DNA from: Gammaproteobacteria bacterium
GTDB taxonomy: Bacteria; Pseudomonadota; Gammaproteobacteria; HTCC5015
Assembly: GCA_013817245.1 (NCBI GenBank)
Contig: JACDDA010000003.1
Coordinates: forward strand, 233,039 to 257,038
Length of the DNA stretch: 24,000 nucleotides
Reading direction: 5' to 3'
Shown: positions 1-8,347 of the stretch, piece after piece
How the letters are laid out: the number at the start of each line of letters is the position of its first letter
Numbering within the stretch: the first letter of the stretch is position 1
Notes under the pieces: model-generated
Seen by the model: the letters and a program-made list of their open reading frames with translations, nothing else
Database searches by the model: none
Told to the model about the DNA's origin: nothing
Translations under genes and position numbers: made by a program

Positions 1-330
1 ATTCGCGGCGAACGCGCCAGCTTAACGGCGCCTAAGGCATTGGATTGGTTAACGATTGAAGGCGCACGTGCGTTGCAATTAAGTAAAGAAATTGGCAGCT
101 TAGAAATTGGCAAAGCCGCAGATTTTGCAATCTTCGATGCCGGCTGGCCCATTTACAATGTAGCCAATGCGTTAGTGCACGGCAGTGCACGTGCAGAACA
201 TGTGTTTATTGATGGTCAGGCGGTATTAGTAAACGGTAAGTTTGAAGGCGAAGAAAAAATTATTGCAGATGCTGAAGCCGCCGGCACACGTTTGGCGCAG
301 CGGATTGGATTACCGAGATGGACAGATTAA
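1..330 (+). CDS. Amidohydrolase-superfamily protein (TRZ/ATZ / MtaD-like deaminase or chlorohydrolase), C-terminal fragment; the 5' end lies outside the window
   Basis: Frame 1 is open from base 1 (IRGERASLTAPKALDWLTIEGARAL...). The track's M at 40 is really a TTG Leu inside the ORF. The tail motif IGSLEIGKAADFAIFD...HVFIDGQAVLVNGKF is typical of the C-terminal beta-sandwich of amidohydrolases. Stop TAA at 328-330. Confidence 0.7.
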   Translation: MRGERASLTAPKALDWLTIEGARALQLSKEIGSLEIGKAADFAIFDAGWPIYNVANALVHGSARAEHVFIDGQAVLVNGKFEGEEKIIADAEAAGTRLAQRIGLPRWTD

Positions 331-362
331 GGATTTGTGACTGCTAGTGCTTTCAACATAAT

Positions 363-405
363 GAATTGCAGAATAGAGTTTTAATATTTTGCAATTCAGA
401 TTTTT
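363..405 (+). terminator. Weak candidate terminator between convergent genes
   Basis: 8-bp inverted repeat gaattgca (363-370) / tgcaattc (390-397), followed by agattttt. The 19-nt loop makes it a weak call. Confidence 0.3.
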
Positions 406-422
406 AGATTTCTATTTGGAAA

Positions 423-812
423 TTACGCCGATTTATTCTCAGCACCGCTTAACCAACGTTCTGCTTCTAATACGGAACACCGGAAAATGTTTACCTCTAC
501 GCCAAAGTCTTCCATAAACACACCAAACATGCGTGACGTACCAAACACCAATGACGTTTTTACCACAATCGCTAATTTGCCACTTAACAAACCTTTGTGC
601 GTGCTAACCAAATAAGCAATATCACGTAACTCTTGCTCACTTTTGTTTTCTTTGGATTCATTCAAATCAGCCAGAATATGCCAACCCAGTAAACCGGTGC
701 GCTGCGCATCAATAAATGATTGCTGCACGATTTCAGCACCAGCCTGATAATCCACGTCGCCTTCCACGATCCAATGCAAAATTGGATATTCCAAACGATA
801 TTTAATGCCCAT
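423..812 (-). CDS. Hypothetical 129-aa cytoplasmic protein; function not recognised
   Basis: Clean ORF with no TM segment or signal peptide, bounded by intergenic AT-rich DNA. There are no diagnostic motifs. It loosely resembles a SpoIIAA/STAS-like alpha/beta pattern ending ..EAERWL, which is not enough to call. Confidence 0.55.
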   Translation of the reverse strand: MGIKYRLEYPILHWIVEGDVDYQAGAEIVQQSFIDAQRTGLLGWHILADLNESKENKSEQELRDIAYLVSTHKGLLSGKLAIVVKTSLVFGTSRMFGVFMEDFGVEVNIFRCSVLEAERWLSGAENKSA

Positions 813-911
813 TTACGATTCCCTTCATTACGTGTCTTCTAGAAAAATACTATCCCACAAAATCCAAGTTTATCAATCGTAGCAATAACAATTACTGATT
901 TATATTTGCGC

Positions 912-1571
912 CTATCTCGAAGAAGGTGCAGCAAATAATTTAGCAGCGGCCGCTTCATAACTTTTTTCAGTATCGTTTTCTGCATCGACACAAAAATCCA
1001 AGTCATGCAACAAACCATCAGTTAAACGATACACCCACGCATGCACGGAAATTTGTTGGCCACGTTGCCACGCACTTTGCACAATAGTCGTACGACAAAT
1101 ATTGGCCGCTTGAGAAACTACATTTAATTCACACAATCTATCTAACTGATCTTCAGCAGACACCGCATCCATTTGTGGTTTATACGCAATTAATAAATCC
1201 TGAATATGACGCAGCCAATTATCAATCAAACCAAAAGGTTTGCGCGTTAATGCTGCTTCAACACCGCCACAACCATAATGACCACACACGATCACGTGTT
1301 CGACTTGCAATACATCCACCGCGTATTGCAACACCGACAAACAATTTAAATCGGTGTGAATAACTAAATTAGCAACATTGCGATGCACAAATAATTCACC
1401 GGGTAACAACCCCACAATTTGATTAGCCGGCACTCGACTGTCCGAACAACCCACCCATAAATATTTAGGCCGTTGCTGCTGACGCAATTTTTCAAAAAAA
1501 TCCGGCTCAGCGGCGTGCACGCTTTCCGACCATTCACGGTTCAGGTTTAACAGATTAGTAAGAGAACTCAT
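912..1571 (-). CDS. can: Beta-class carbonic anhydrase
   Basis: Diagnostic beta-CA zinc and active-site motifs: CSDSRVP, FVHRNVANLV, VCGHYGCGG. The 219-aa length matches Can/CynT-type enzymes. AGGA lies about 9 nt upstream of the ATG. Confidence 0.93.
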   Translation of the reverse strand: MSSLTNLLNLNREWSESVHAAEPDFFEKLRQQQRPKYLWVGCSDSRVPANQIVGLLPGELFVHRNVANLVIHTDLNCLSVLQYAVDVLQVEHVIVCGHYGCGGVEAALTRKPFGLIDNWLRHIQDLLIAYKPQMDAVSAEDQLDRLCELNVVSQAANICRTTIVQSAWQRGQQISVHAWVYRLTDGLLHDLDFCVDAENDTEKSYEAAAAKLFAAPSSR

Positions 1572-1694
1572 TACGTCTATTCCTAGATTAGATTGGACGG
1601 ATAATAACGCGGATTGAAGCTTCTTGTACCCCTATACAGATAAACCACTGGCCGCCAATTGACTTGAAGCAAAATTCGGCTATAGTCGCGTGAC

Positions 1695-1781
1695 ATGAAC
1701 ACACTTTCCAACATCTGCACCACTCTTTTAGGCCGTACGCTGCTCAGCGCACTGCGCCTGCTGCCCTGCTGGGCACATTAA
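1695..1781 (+). promoter_or_regulatory. Candidate leucine-rich leader peptide (28 aa) upstream of leuA, followed by a T-run at about 1811-1819
   Basis: ATG 1695 ... TAA 1779-1781 encodes MNTLSNICTTLLGRTLLSALRLLPCWAH. It has 8 Leu in 28 residues, including three LL pairs, and sits 118 nt upstream of leuA. The tract tattttttta follows. No convincing Shine-Dalgarno is present, and I could not find a clean terminator stem by eye. Confidence 0.35.
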
Positions 1782-1898
1782 TCACGCCTGGCGAGGCTTT
1801 ACGCACTCCGTATTTTTTTATTAGACATTTTCGTTAAAATGCCGCGCCGATTGCATTAATAGACAGACTTCGCGCAGCACCTCATTTGGAGCTAGACC

Positions 1899-3446
1899 AT
1901 GAGCAAGCAACGCTTATTTATTTTCGATACCACTTTGCGCGACGGTGAACAAAGCCCGGGCGCGTCCATGACTAAAGATGAAAAACTTCGCATCGCACGC
2001 GCACTTGAAAAAATGCATGTTGATGTTATTGAAGCCGGCTTTCCGATTGCAAGCGATGGTGACTTTGAAGCGGTGCATGCCATCGCGAGCATTATCAAAG
2101 ACAGCACCGTCTGCGGCTTAGCGCGCGCCACCGATAAAGACATTGATCGCGCCGGTGAAGCGTTGAAACCCGCAAACTCTGCGCGTATTCATACCTTCAT
2201 CGCAACCTCACCGATTCACATGATGAAAAAACTTCAGATGCAACCCGATGAAGTTCTTGCGGCAGCCGTACGTGCAATTAAACGTGCTCGTCAATATACC
2301 GACAACGTAGAATTTTCTACCGAAGATGCCGGTCGCTCGGAAATTGATTTTTTGTGTCGTATCGTCGAAGCCGCCATCAGCGCCGGCGCAACCACCATCA
2401 ACATTCCCGATACCGTCGGTTACGCGATGCCGGAACAATATGGTTTTTTAATTCGCAGCTTAATTGAACGCGTGCCTAATTCTGACAAAGCGATTTTTTC
2501 CACGCATTGTCATAATGATTTAGGTTTAGCCGTTGCCAATTCATTAGCCGCAGTCAATGCCGGCGCACGCCAAGTTGAATGCACTATCAATGGTTTAGGT
2601 GAGCGCGCTGGCAACGCCGCACTTGAAGAAATTGTCATGGCTGTACGCACACGTCCCGATCTTTTTGGTTGTGATAGCGTCGTAGATGCAACTCAAATCA
2701 TGACTTGCTCACGACTTGTTGCATCGATCACAGGATTTGCCGTGCAACCTAATAAAGCCATTGTCGGCGCCAATGCATTCGCACATGAATCCGGCATTCA
2801 TCAAGACGGCGTCATCAAAAATCGCGAGACTTACGAAATCATGCGAGCAGAAGACGTCGGCTGGAGCAGCAATCGTTTAGTCATGGGCAAACACTCAGGT
2901 CGCAATGCCTTTCGCACGCGCTTAAAAGAACTTGGTATTGATTTCGAATCAGATGAAGCAAGCAATGATGCGTTTCGGCGCTTCAAAGAATTAGCGGATA
3001 AAAAACATGAAATCTATGACGAAGATTTAATCGCATTAATATCTGAAAGCGCCAACATCGCCGACAATGACGTGATTCAATTGATTACCTTAAAAGTACG
3101 TTCCGAAACCGGCGAAACGCCGCAAGCGGAAATTACACTTAAAGTGCGCGGTGTAGAACACAAAAGCCAAGCACAAGGTGATGGTCAAGTCGATGCAACA
3201 TTTAAAGCAATTCAAAATATTGCACAAGTCGATGCAACATTAGAATTATATTCAGTGAACAGCATCACCGGCGGCACCGACGCACAAGGCGAAGTTAGCG
3301 TGCGGCTTAAACAAGAAGGTCGTGTCGTTAACGGTCAAGGCGCCGACACCGACATCGTCGTCGCATCCGCACTTGCCTACATCAACGCGCTTAATAAATT
3401 AATCAGTCACACTGATCGTGCACATCCACAGCTCAGCGCTGTTTAG
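1899..3446 (+). CDS. leuA: 2-isopropylmalate synthase
   Basis: N-terminus [19 protein letters not shown], the HxH metal site ([18 protein letters not shown]), the ESGIHQDG motif, and a C-terminal LeuA dimerisation/regulatory domain. 515 aa. GGAG lies 8 nt upstream of the ATG. Confidence 0.97.
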   Translation: MSKQRLFIFDTTLRDGEQSPGASMTKDEKLRIARALEKMHVDVIEAGFPIASDGDFEAVHAIASIIKDSTVCGLARATDKDIDRAGEALKPANSARIHTFIATSPIHMMKKLQMQPDEVLAAAVRAIKRARQYTDNVEFSTEDAGRSEIDFLCRIVEAAISAGATTINIPDTVGYAMPEQYGFLIRSLIERVPNSDKAIFSTHCHNDLGLAVANSLAAVNAGARQVECTINGLGERAGNAALEEIVMAVRTRPDLFGCDSVVDATQIMTCSRLVASITGFAVQPNKAIVGANAFAHESGIHQDGVIKNRETYEIMRAEDVGWSSNRLVMGKHSGRNAFRTRLKELGIDFESDEASNDAFRRFKELADKKHEIYDEDLIALISESANIADNDVIQLITLKVRSETGETPQAEITLKVRGVEHKSQAQGDGQVDATFKAIQNIAQVDATLELYSVNSITGGTDAQGEVSVRLKQEGRVVNGQGADTDIVVASALAYINALNKLISHTDRAHPQLSAV

Positions 3447-3472
3447 TTTTTTTAATTTCATATCCGCAAAAT

Positions 3473-3503
3473 AAAACAGGGGCTTAAAGCTCCTGTTTTA
3501 TTT
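3473..3503 (+). terminator. Rho-independent terminator after leuA, probably bidirectional
   Basis: aaaacaggggc-ttaaa-gctcctgtttt hairpin (about 11 bp with one G-U), flanked by an A-run 5' and ttttattt 3'. It lies 27 nt after the leuA stop. Confidence 0.75.
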
Positions 3504-3625
3504 AGAAAGAAATAGTCGCGCATTGCATTGTATAATTTTTATAGGCTAGTACATTAAAATAATAATCCATGGTGTTTTTATAAAAAATCACCAGCGTTTC
3601 GCTTTTGAATGCAATCAAAACATAC

Positions 3626-3675
3626 GGCGCAATGTACCCTACGGGTATTTCACGCTGCGCTTATTCCGCCCTACA
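3626..3675 (-). repeat. REP-like element: two GTAG-headed imperfect palindromic units (read on the minus strand)
   Basis: The minus strand reads tGTAGggcggaataagcgcagcgtgaaatacccGTAGggtacattgcgcc. Internal pairings are taccc/gggta and gcgca/tgcgc. It resembles enterobacterial REP (..GCGCTTATCCGGCCTAC). It occurs once in the window, so repetitiveness is unverified. Confidence 0.35.
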
Positions 3676-3712
3676 TTTCTTAAATTTTAATTCCGACCCC
3701 TTAAATTCCTTG

Positions 3713-4102
3713 TCATTCAAATTCGGAATATTGTGGCAAATCTAGATTAATTGCGTACCAACTAGCTTTTTGTGAAATCCATATATGCGACTTTTCATGT
3801 GACAACGGATCGTCATTAAGTGACCCTAGACGCAGAATTACGTGCTGAGTGTTTTCTTTCTTGGCGTATATCTGAGTACCGCAATTCGAGCAAAAATACC
3901 GCTTTTTGCCCTTAGATGACTCGAAGTAGCTTAGCTCGTGCTCGCCTGACAACTTAAAATCATCATCACTTATCGCTGCCACACTTGAGAAAGCTGCCCC
4001 ATGTGCCTTTCTGCATGTTTGGCAGTGACAATGAACAATATCACCAACCTTGCCAGTGATTTCATATTTCACTTTGCCGCAAAGGCAACTACCAGTAATC
4101 AT
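3713..4102 (-). CDS. GFA-family (glutathione-dependent formaldehyde-activating / CENP-V-like) zinc-binding protein
   Basis: Characteristic Cys ladder: CLCGKVKY, HCHCQTCRKAHGAAF, YFCSNCGTQIY. 129 aa. Confidence 0.85.
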   Translation of the reverse strand: MITGSCLCGKVKYEITGKVGDIVHCHCQTCRKAHGAAFSSVAAISDDDFKLSGEHELSYFESSKGKKRYFCSNCGTQIYAKKENTQHVILRLGSLNDDPLSHEKSHIWISQKASWYAINLDLPQYSEFE

Positions 4103-4142
4103 TGAAGCCTCGATGCAGATTTAGCACATAACGCTGAGTTAA

Positions 4143-4167
4143 GGAGAAACCGCTTCGCGGTTTCTCC
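4143..4167. repeat. Perfect GC-rich inverted repeat (11-bp stem counting the closing c-g pair, 3-nt loop) between the M23 peptidase and GFA genes
   Basis: ggagaaaccgc-ttc-gcggtttctcc. No T-run follows the stem on the minus (transcribed) strand, so it is not a canonical terminator. Confidence 0.6.
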
Positions 4168-4276
4168 AAAAAGTTGTAAACCGATAATAACTAGTGGCAC
4201 GTTTTACCCAAGACCCAAAATGGTAAAAAATGCCAAGCTATGAATGTTTAAGGGATTACGGAATCGGCATGCGCCA

Positions 4277-5119
4277 TTAATGCGCAACGGGTTTGTTAAC
4301 CGGATTCATCGGCCCTGTTAGTAACATCGGATCTAAACCCGTATCACCCCAATACACGCCCCAATGTAAATGCGGGCCGGTTGCGCGTCCGGTCATGCCT
4401 ATTTCGCCAATTTTTTGGCCTTGTTTTACGACGTCACCTTCGGCGACTACAATTTTACTTAAGTGTGCATAGATACTGGTAACGGCTAAACCATGATCGA
4501 GCATTAATGTTTGGCCGGTAAAAAACATATTCGGATGCACCAAGGTCACAACACCATCAGCGGGTGCAACAATGGCGGTGCCTTCGGGCATCGCCACATC
4601 TACACCGAAATGCGGACTGCGCGCTTCGCCGTTAATGACGCGTTGCGAACCATATTCACCACTTAAGCGACCTTTGACTGGCCAAATAAATCCAGTTAAA
4701 AACTCGGTGCTGTTTCGCACTTTCGCACGCGCCGCTAATATGAGTGAACGTTCTTGTGTATTACGCGCGGCATCGGCTGCGGTTAAATTCACTTTGTTAT
4801 CGGCCACGCCATTGACGCGTGCAATGCTATAGCTGCGTTGTTTAATCGCTTCTTCTAAGATTTGTTTTTTGCCTTGCTGCGATTCAAGCATGATGCGCAT
4901 TTTGTTAGGCGCTTTGCGCGCTAAACCCACTACAAAATAACCGCTGTCTGATACTAATACGGGTTCACCATTAAAATTAACTTTGGTGCCTGCGGTGGTT
5001 TGGCCTATTAATAAACCGCCTTGTTGGAATTCGCCTGTTACTTTCGCTAACTCTTCGGCTTGCAGCAGATGCGAGTAACTCACTATCAACAGCAGCAATA
5101 CGTAAGATATTTTTTTCAC
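4277..5119 (-). CDS. Secreted M23-family metallo-endopeptidase (peptidoglycan DD-endopeptidase-like)
   Basis: N-terminal signal peptide MKKISYVLLLLIVSYSHLLQA. M23 zinc motifs HFGVDV...PEGTAIVAPADGVV and GPHLHWGVYW. GTG start with AGGAG 9 nt upstream. Confidence 0.9.
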   Translation of the reverse strand: MKKISYVLLLLIVSYSHLLQAEELAKVTGEFQQGGLLIGQTTAGTKVNFNGEPVLVSDSGYFVVGLARKAPNKMRIMLESQQGKKQILEEAIKQRSYSIARVNGVADNKVNLTAADAARNTQERSLILAARAKVRNSTEFLTGFIWPVKGRLSGEYGSQRVINGEARSPHFGVDVAMPEGTAIVAPADGVVTLVHPNMFFTGQTLMLDHGLAVTSIYAHLSKIVVAEGDVVKQGQKIGEIGMTGRATGPHLHWGVYWGDTGLDPMLLTGPMNPVNKPVAH

Positions 5120-5167
5120 TGTATATAACTCCTAAAAATCTTGGCTTGTTTGAATGTAATTCACTTT

Positions 5168-5554
5168 TTATTTCAACATGGTTTTTATAGTGGTAAACGT
5201 CAACATGCCTAGCACGGTTAAACAAAGCGAACCTATAACATGCGTAAACGATAAGCCTAATGCCCACAACCAACGACTTTGTTGCAACAAGTTAACGACT
5301 TCGGCGGAAAAAGTCGAAAACGTGGTGAGGCCACCTAAAAAGCCGGTGATGATTAATAATTTCCATTGCGGTGACAAGGCGGGATATTGCAGAAAAAAAG
5401 CCAACGCGATACCAATAATGTAAGCGCCTAAAAAATTAGCCAGCAATGTGCCTAGCGGCACCGCCGCAAAATAAACATTGAAGTGCTCTGCTAATTGCCA
5501 ACGCAATAAAGCGCCGACGCTTGCACCGAAACAAATCGCGATCACTGCGTACAT
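5168..5554 (-). CDS. crcB: Fluoride ion channel CrcB/FluC
   Basis: 128 aa with four TM segments and the signature GFLGGLTTFSTFS plus GA..R N-terminal motif. Confidence 0.93.
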   Translation of the reverse strand: MYAVIAICFGASVGALLRWQLAEHFNVYFAAVPLGTLLANFLGAYIIGIALAFFLQYPALSPQWKLLIITGFLGGLTTFSTFSAEVVNLLQQSRWLWALGLSFTHVIGSLCLTVLGMLTFTTIKTMLK

Positions 5555-5653
5555 GCCGCTGCCGACCTTTGCATTGCTGCGATTGATTTAAAAGATGCGG
5601 GAAGTATATCGAAGTTAGACAGTGGATGAAGGATAGCGAGTTTGCACGCAAAC

Positions 5654-5688
5654 ATAAAAAAAGCCCGTCTTGTGAACGGGCTTTTTGT
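5654..5688 (-). terminator. Rho-independent terminator following tRNA-Glu (palindromic, usable in both directions)
   Basis: The minus strand reads aaaaagcccgt-tcacaag-acgggcttttttt. It is a GC-rich 7-8 bp stem followed by a T7 run, starting 4 nt after the tRNA 3' end. Confidence 0.8.
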
Positions 5689-5691
5689 GTT

Positions 5692-5767
5692 TGGCGTCCC
5701 CTAGGGGATTCGAACCCCTGTTGCCGCCGTGAAAGGGCAGTGTCCTAGGCCTCTAGACGAAGGGGAC
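5692..5767 (-). tRNA. tRNA-Glu (anticodon UUC), CCA encoded
   Basis: The reverse complement GTCCCCTTCGTCTAGAGGCCTAGGACACTGCCCTTTCACGGCGGCAACAGGGGTTCGAATCCCCTAGGGGACGCCA folds as a cloverleaf. The anticodon loop is CTTTCAC. It is nearly identical to E. coli tRNA-Glu. Confidence 0.97.
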
Positions 5768-5859
5768 AAAAACTTCACGAACTGATTTCAAGCTGGCTGA
5801 AATCAAATTGCACTTAATTTAAATCGTCTTGCATCTTAACTTTGTCGATCTCTTAAAAC

Positions 5860-5935
<76 letters not shown>

Positions 5936-5985
5936 GGTATAACACCGTGTGCCTTCGCAAATGGGTCGGGCATCAAGGAGGGCGC

Positions 5986-6014
5986 AATTTACGCAAGCTA
6001 CTGCGTACTGTCAA
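5986..6014 (-). promoter_or_regulatory. Sigma70-type promoter for the tRNA-Ala/tRNA-Glu unit with a GC-rich discriminator
   Basis: The minus strand reads TTGACA (6014-6009), a 17-nt spacer, TAAATT (5991-5986), then gcgccctcc. The -35 element overlaps the gltX stop codon (6011-6013). Confidence 0.5.
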
Positions 6015-7420
6015 GCCTGCTGTAGCGTAGCAATCGTCCGATCTAGACGTGCCAAGCTGTGTGGCGCGCCTATTAAGTATAAGGTCAAATCAATGGATGG
6101 CGACGCTCCCTGCCCGGTTACGGCCGCACGCAAAGGTTGTGCGACTTTGCCCATCCCCACTTGGAGTTTTTCGGCGGTTTGCTGAATGGCGACATGAATA
6201 GATTCTTTTTGCCATGCATCGCCCGTGGATAATTCAGCCAAGGCGTTCCGAATAGCGCGCAATGGTTCAAGCGCTGCTGCGTTTAAATGCTTGGCAGCCG
6301 CCTCTTCATAATCGCTAAAGTCTTGATAAAAATAACGGGCGCTAGCGGCCATCTCAACCAAAGTTTTACTGCGTTCACGCAAAGCTAAGACCACATCAAC
6401 TACGGCCGGGCCGCTCGCGGTATTAACGTCTATGCGTTGCAGATACAGCGCTAAACGTTGCGCAATATCTTCCGCCGGCAAGGTTTTTAAATAATGCTGA
6501 TTCAACCACAATAATTTTTCTGGATTAAACGCGGCCGCGGCTTTATTGACATGCGTGACATCAAATAAAGCGATCATTTCATCAATCGAAAACACTTCTT
6601 GATCGCCGTGTGACCAACCTAAGCGCACTAAATAATTCAACAAGGCTTCGGGCAAATAACCGTCTTGCTCATATTGCATCACACTGACGGCGCCGTGACG
6701 TTTCGATAAGCGACTACCATCGGCGCCTAGAATCATCGGTAAATGTGCATAAGCCGGCAGCGTTGCGCCCAACGCGCGCAGAATATTCATTTGGCGCGGT
6801 GTGTTGTTCAAATGATCGTCACCCCGAATCACATGGGTGATGCCCATGTCCATATCGTCGACCACCACGGTGAGGTTATATGTGGGCGTGCCATCACTGC
6901 GCGCAATAATCAAATCATCTAACTCATCATTGCCGAAAATAACTTCACCGCGAATCAAGTCATTAACGACGACCTCGCCGCTTTGCGGATTTCGAAATCG
7001 AATCACCGGTGCAATACCCGCCGGCACGTCGGTGCGATCACGACATAAACCGTCATAACGCGGTTTTTGTTTATTCGCCATTTGTTCGGTGCGCAATGTT
7101 TCTAGGCGTTCTTTGGAACAATAACAATGATAAGCGTGGTTTTGGTGGAGCAGCTGCGCGTTAATTTCGTGATAACGATCAAAGCGCTGAGTTTGATAAT
7201 ACGGACCTTCATCAGCCGCTAAATTCAACCACTGCATGCCTTCTAAAATAGCGTCAACCGATGCTTGAGTAGAACGTTCTTGGTCGGTATCTTCAATACG
7301 CAACACAAACTGTCCCGCAGATTTGCGCGCATATAACCACGAAAACAATGCTGTGCGTGCGCCGCCAATATGTAAGAAGCCAGTAGGACTAGGGGCAAAG
7401 CGAGTTTTAATAACAGTCAT
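6011..7420 (-). CDS. gltX: Glutamate--tRNA ligase
   Basis: Class I HIGH motif ([15 protein letters not shown]) and KMSKS-type motif (RLSKRHG). 469 aa, colinear with bacterial GltX. Confidence 0.97.
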   Translation of the reverse strand: MTVIKTRFAPSPTGFLHIGGARTALFSWLYARKSAGQFVLRIEDTDQERSTQASVDAILEGMQWLNLAADEGPYYQTQRFDRYHEINAQLLHQNHAYHCYCSKERLETLRTEQMANKQKPRYDGLCRDRTDVPAGIAPVIRFRNPQSGEVVVNDLIRGEVIFGNDELDDLIIARSDGTPTYNLTVVVDDMDMGITHVIRGDDHLNNTPRQMNILRALGATLPAYAHLPMILGADGSRLSKRHGAVSVMQYEQDGYLPEALLNYLVRLGWSHGDQEVFSIDEMIALFDVTHVNKAAAAFNPEKLLWLNQHYLKTLPAEDIAQRLALYLQRIDVNTASGPAVVDVVLALRERSKTLVEMAASARYFYQDFSDYEEAAAKHLNAAALEPLRAIRNALAELSTGDAWQKESIHVAIQQTAEKLQVGMGKVAQPLRAAVTGQGASPSIDLTLYLIGAPHSLARLDRTIATLQQA

Positions 7421-7580
7421 GATTCTTCAATGCAGGCAGGTCAAGGAGCCGCGAATTCTAGCAGAGCGACCGAACAGCGCCTAATCCGAACGCTTAGCGG
7501 AAAGCCGGCAAATTTGTCAGACAATTCATGTGGGTCTGTGGCAATATTTAATCTTTCAGAACAAGCAATTGGAAGGCATT

Positions 7581-8333
7581 ATGGGGGCTACACAGCCGTT
7601 AGTTGAATGGCGTTCTTGCGGTCTTACTACCGTGGGCGCAGTGCGTAAACACAATGAAGATTCTTATCTTGCAATGCCCGAAAAAAATCTCTGGGTCGTA
7701 GCGGATGGCATGGGCGGACATGCGCGCGGTGACCTAGCCAGCCAAGCAGTGGTGCATGCGTATAGCGATTTCGAACCGCTACGCACCTTGGCGCAAACCA
7801 TGGACGATCTTGAAGATCGTGCTTTAAAAGTTAACACCAAATTACGCGAACATTTAGACGGTAATCCCAGCAAAGTCATGGGCAGCACCATTGTCTTGAT
7901 GCACGCGCGACAACAATACGTGTTTCTCTTGTGGGCTGGCGATAGTCGTATCTATTTATATCGCAAAGGCAATCTCTTGCAAGTGTCACACGATCATAGT
8001 TTTGTTCAAGAAAGTGTTGATAAAGGTGCGATGACACCGAGTCAAGCACAAAATCATCCTAACGCTAACATCATCACCCGCGCCATCGGCGTGCATGATC
8101 ATTTATATCTCGATGTAGAATATTTAGAATACCAAGCGGGTGATAAATTTTTGCTTTGTTCCGATGGCTTATTTAAAGATGTCACGATGGCTGAGATTGC
8201 AGAACAGCTGGATAAAATTCCGTTTAAAGCAGCGGAAGGTTTAATCGAAATGGCCTTATCAAAAAGCGCCAACGACAACGTAACTATTATTGTGGTGGAA
8301 GCTTTTCCACTAACCACGTCTAGCAAGTCTTAA
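7581..8333 (+). CDS. PP2C-family Ser/Thr protein phosphatase
   Basis: PP2C motifs RKHNEDS, VADGMGGH, AGDSRIY, LLCSDGL, DNVTIIVV. I prefer ATG 7581 (GGAAGG at 7571-7576) over the track's GTG at 7530. Confidence 0.9.
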   Translation: MGATQPLVEWRSCGLTTVGAVRKHNEDSYLAMPEKNLWVVADGMGGHARGDLASQAVVHAYSDFEPLRTLAQTMDDLEDRALKVNTKLREHLDGNPSKVMGSTIVLMHARQQYVFLLWAGDSRIYLYRKGNLLQVSHDHSFVQESVDKGAMTPSQAQNHPNANIITRAIGVHDHLYLDVEYLEYQAGDKFLLCSDGLFKDVTMAEIAEQLDKIPFKAAEGLIEMALSKSANDNVTIIVVEAFPLTTSSKS

Positions 8334-8347
8334 GGATTTAATACAGC

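Noticed and set aside
423-1571. Possible STAS/SpoIIAA-like protein functionally linked to the adjacent beta-carbonic anhydrase (by analogy with SulP-STAS-CA associations)
   Set aside because: The fold assignment of the 129-aa protein rests only on a vague secondary-structure-like pattern. No SulP transporter is present and the two genes are separated by 99 nt. This is not supportable without an HHpred-type search.
3523-3536. Perfect TATAAT (3531-3536) with an adjacent TTGCAT, as a plus-strand promoter or sRNA start
   Set aside because: The TTGCAT is only 2 nt from the TATAAT and there is no -35 element at 16-18 nt. No plus-strand gene or convincing terminator-bounded small RNA follows.
5555-5653. 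Expected a fluoride (crcB-motif) riboswitch in the leader of crcB
   Set aside because: I read the minus-strand leader (…CTTCGATATACTTCCCGCATCTTTTAAATCAATCGCAGCAATGCAAAGGTCGGCAGCGGC-ATG). It lacks the conserved GGNGATGG…CCGCC…CTGATGAT core. The only GGATGAAGG-like string is on the wrong strand. A covariance-model scan (Rfam crcB motif) would settle it.
5783-5805. 8-bp hairpin tgatttca/tgaaatca in the spacer between tRNA-Ala and tRNA-Glu, as a possible terminator
   Set aside because: No T-run follows on the minus strand, and tRNA-Glu downstream needs read-through. It is more likely a processing-related or incidental structure.
7530-7580. GTG 7530 as the PP2C start
   Set aside because: It has no RBS. 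ATG 7581 has GGAAGG at optimal spacing and gives a normal PP2C N-terminus.
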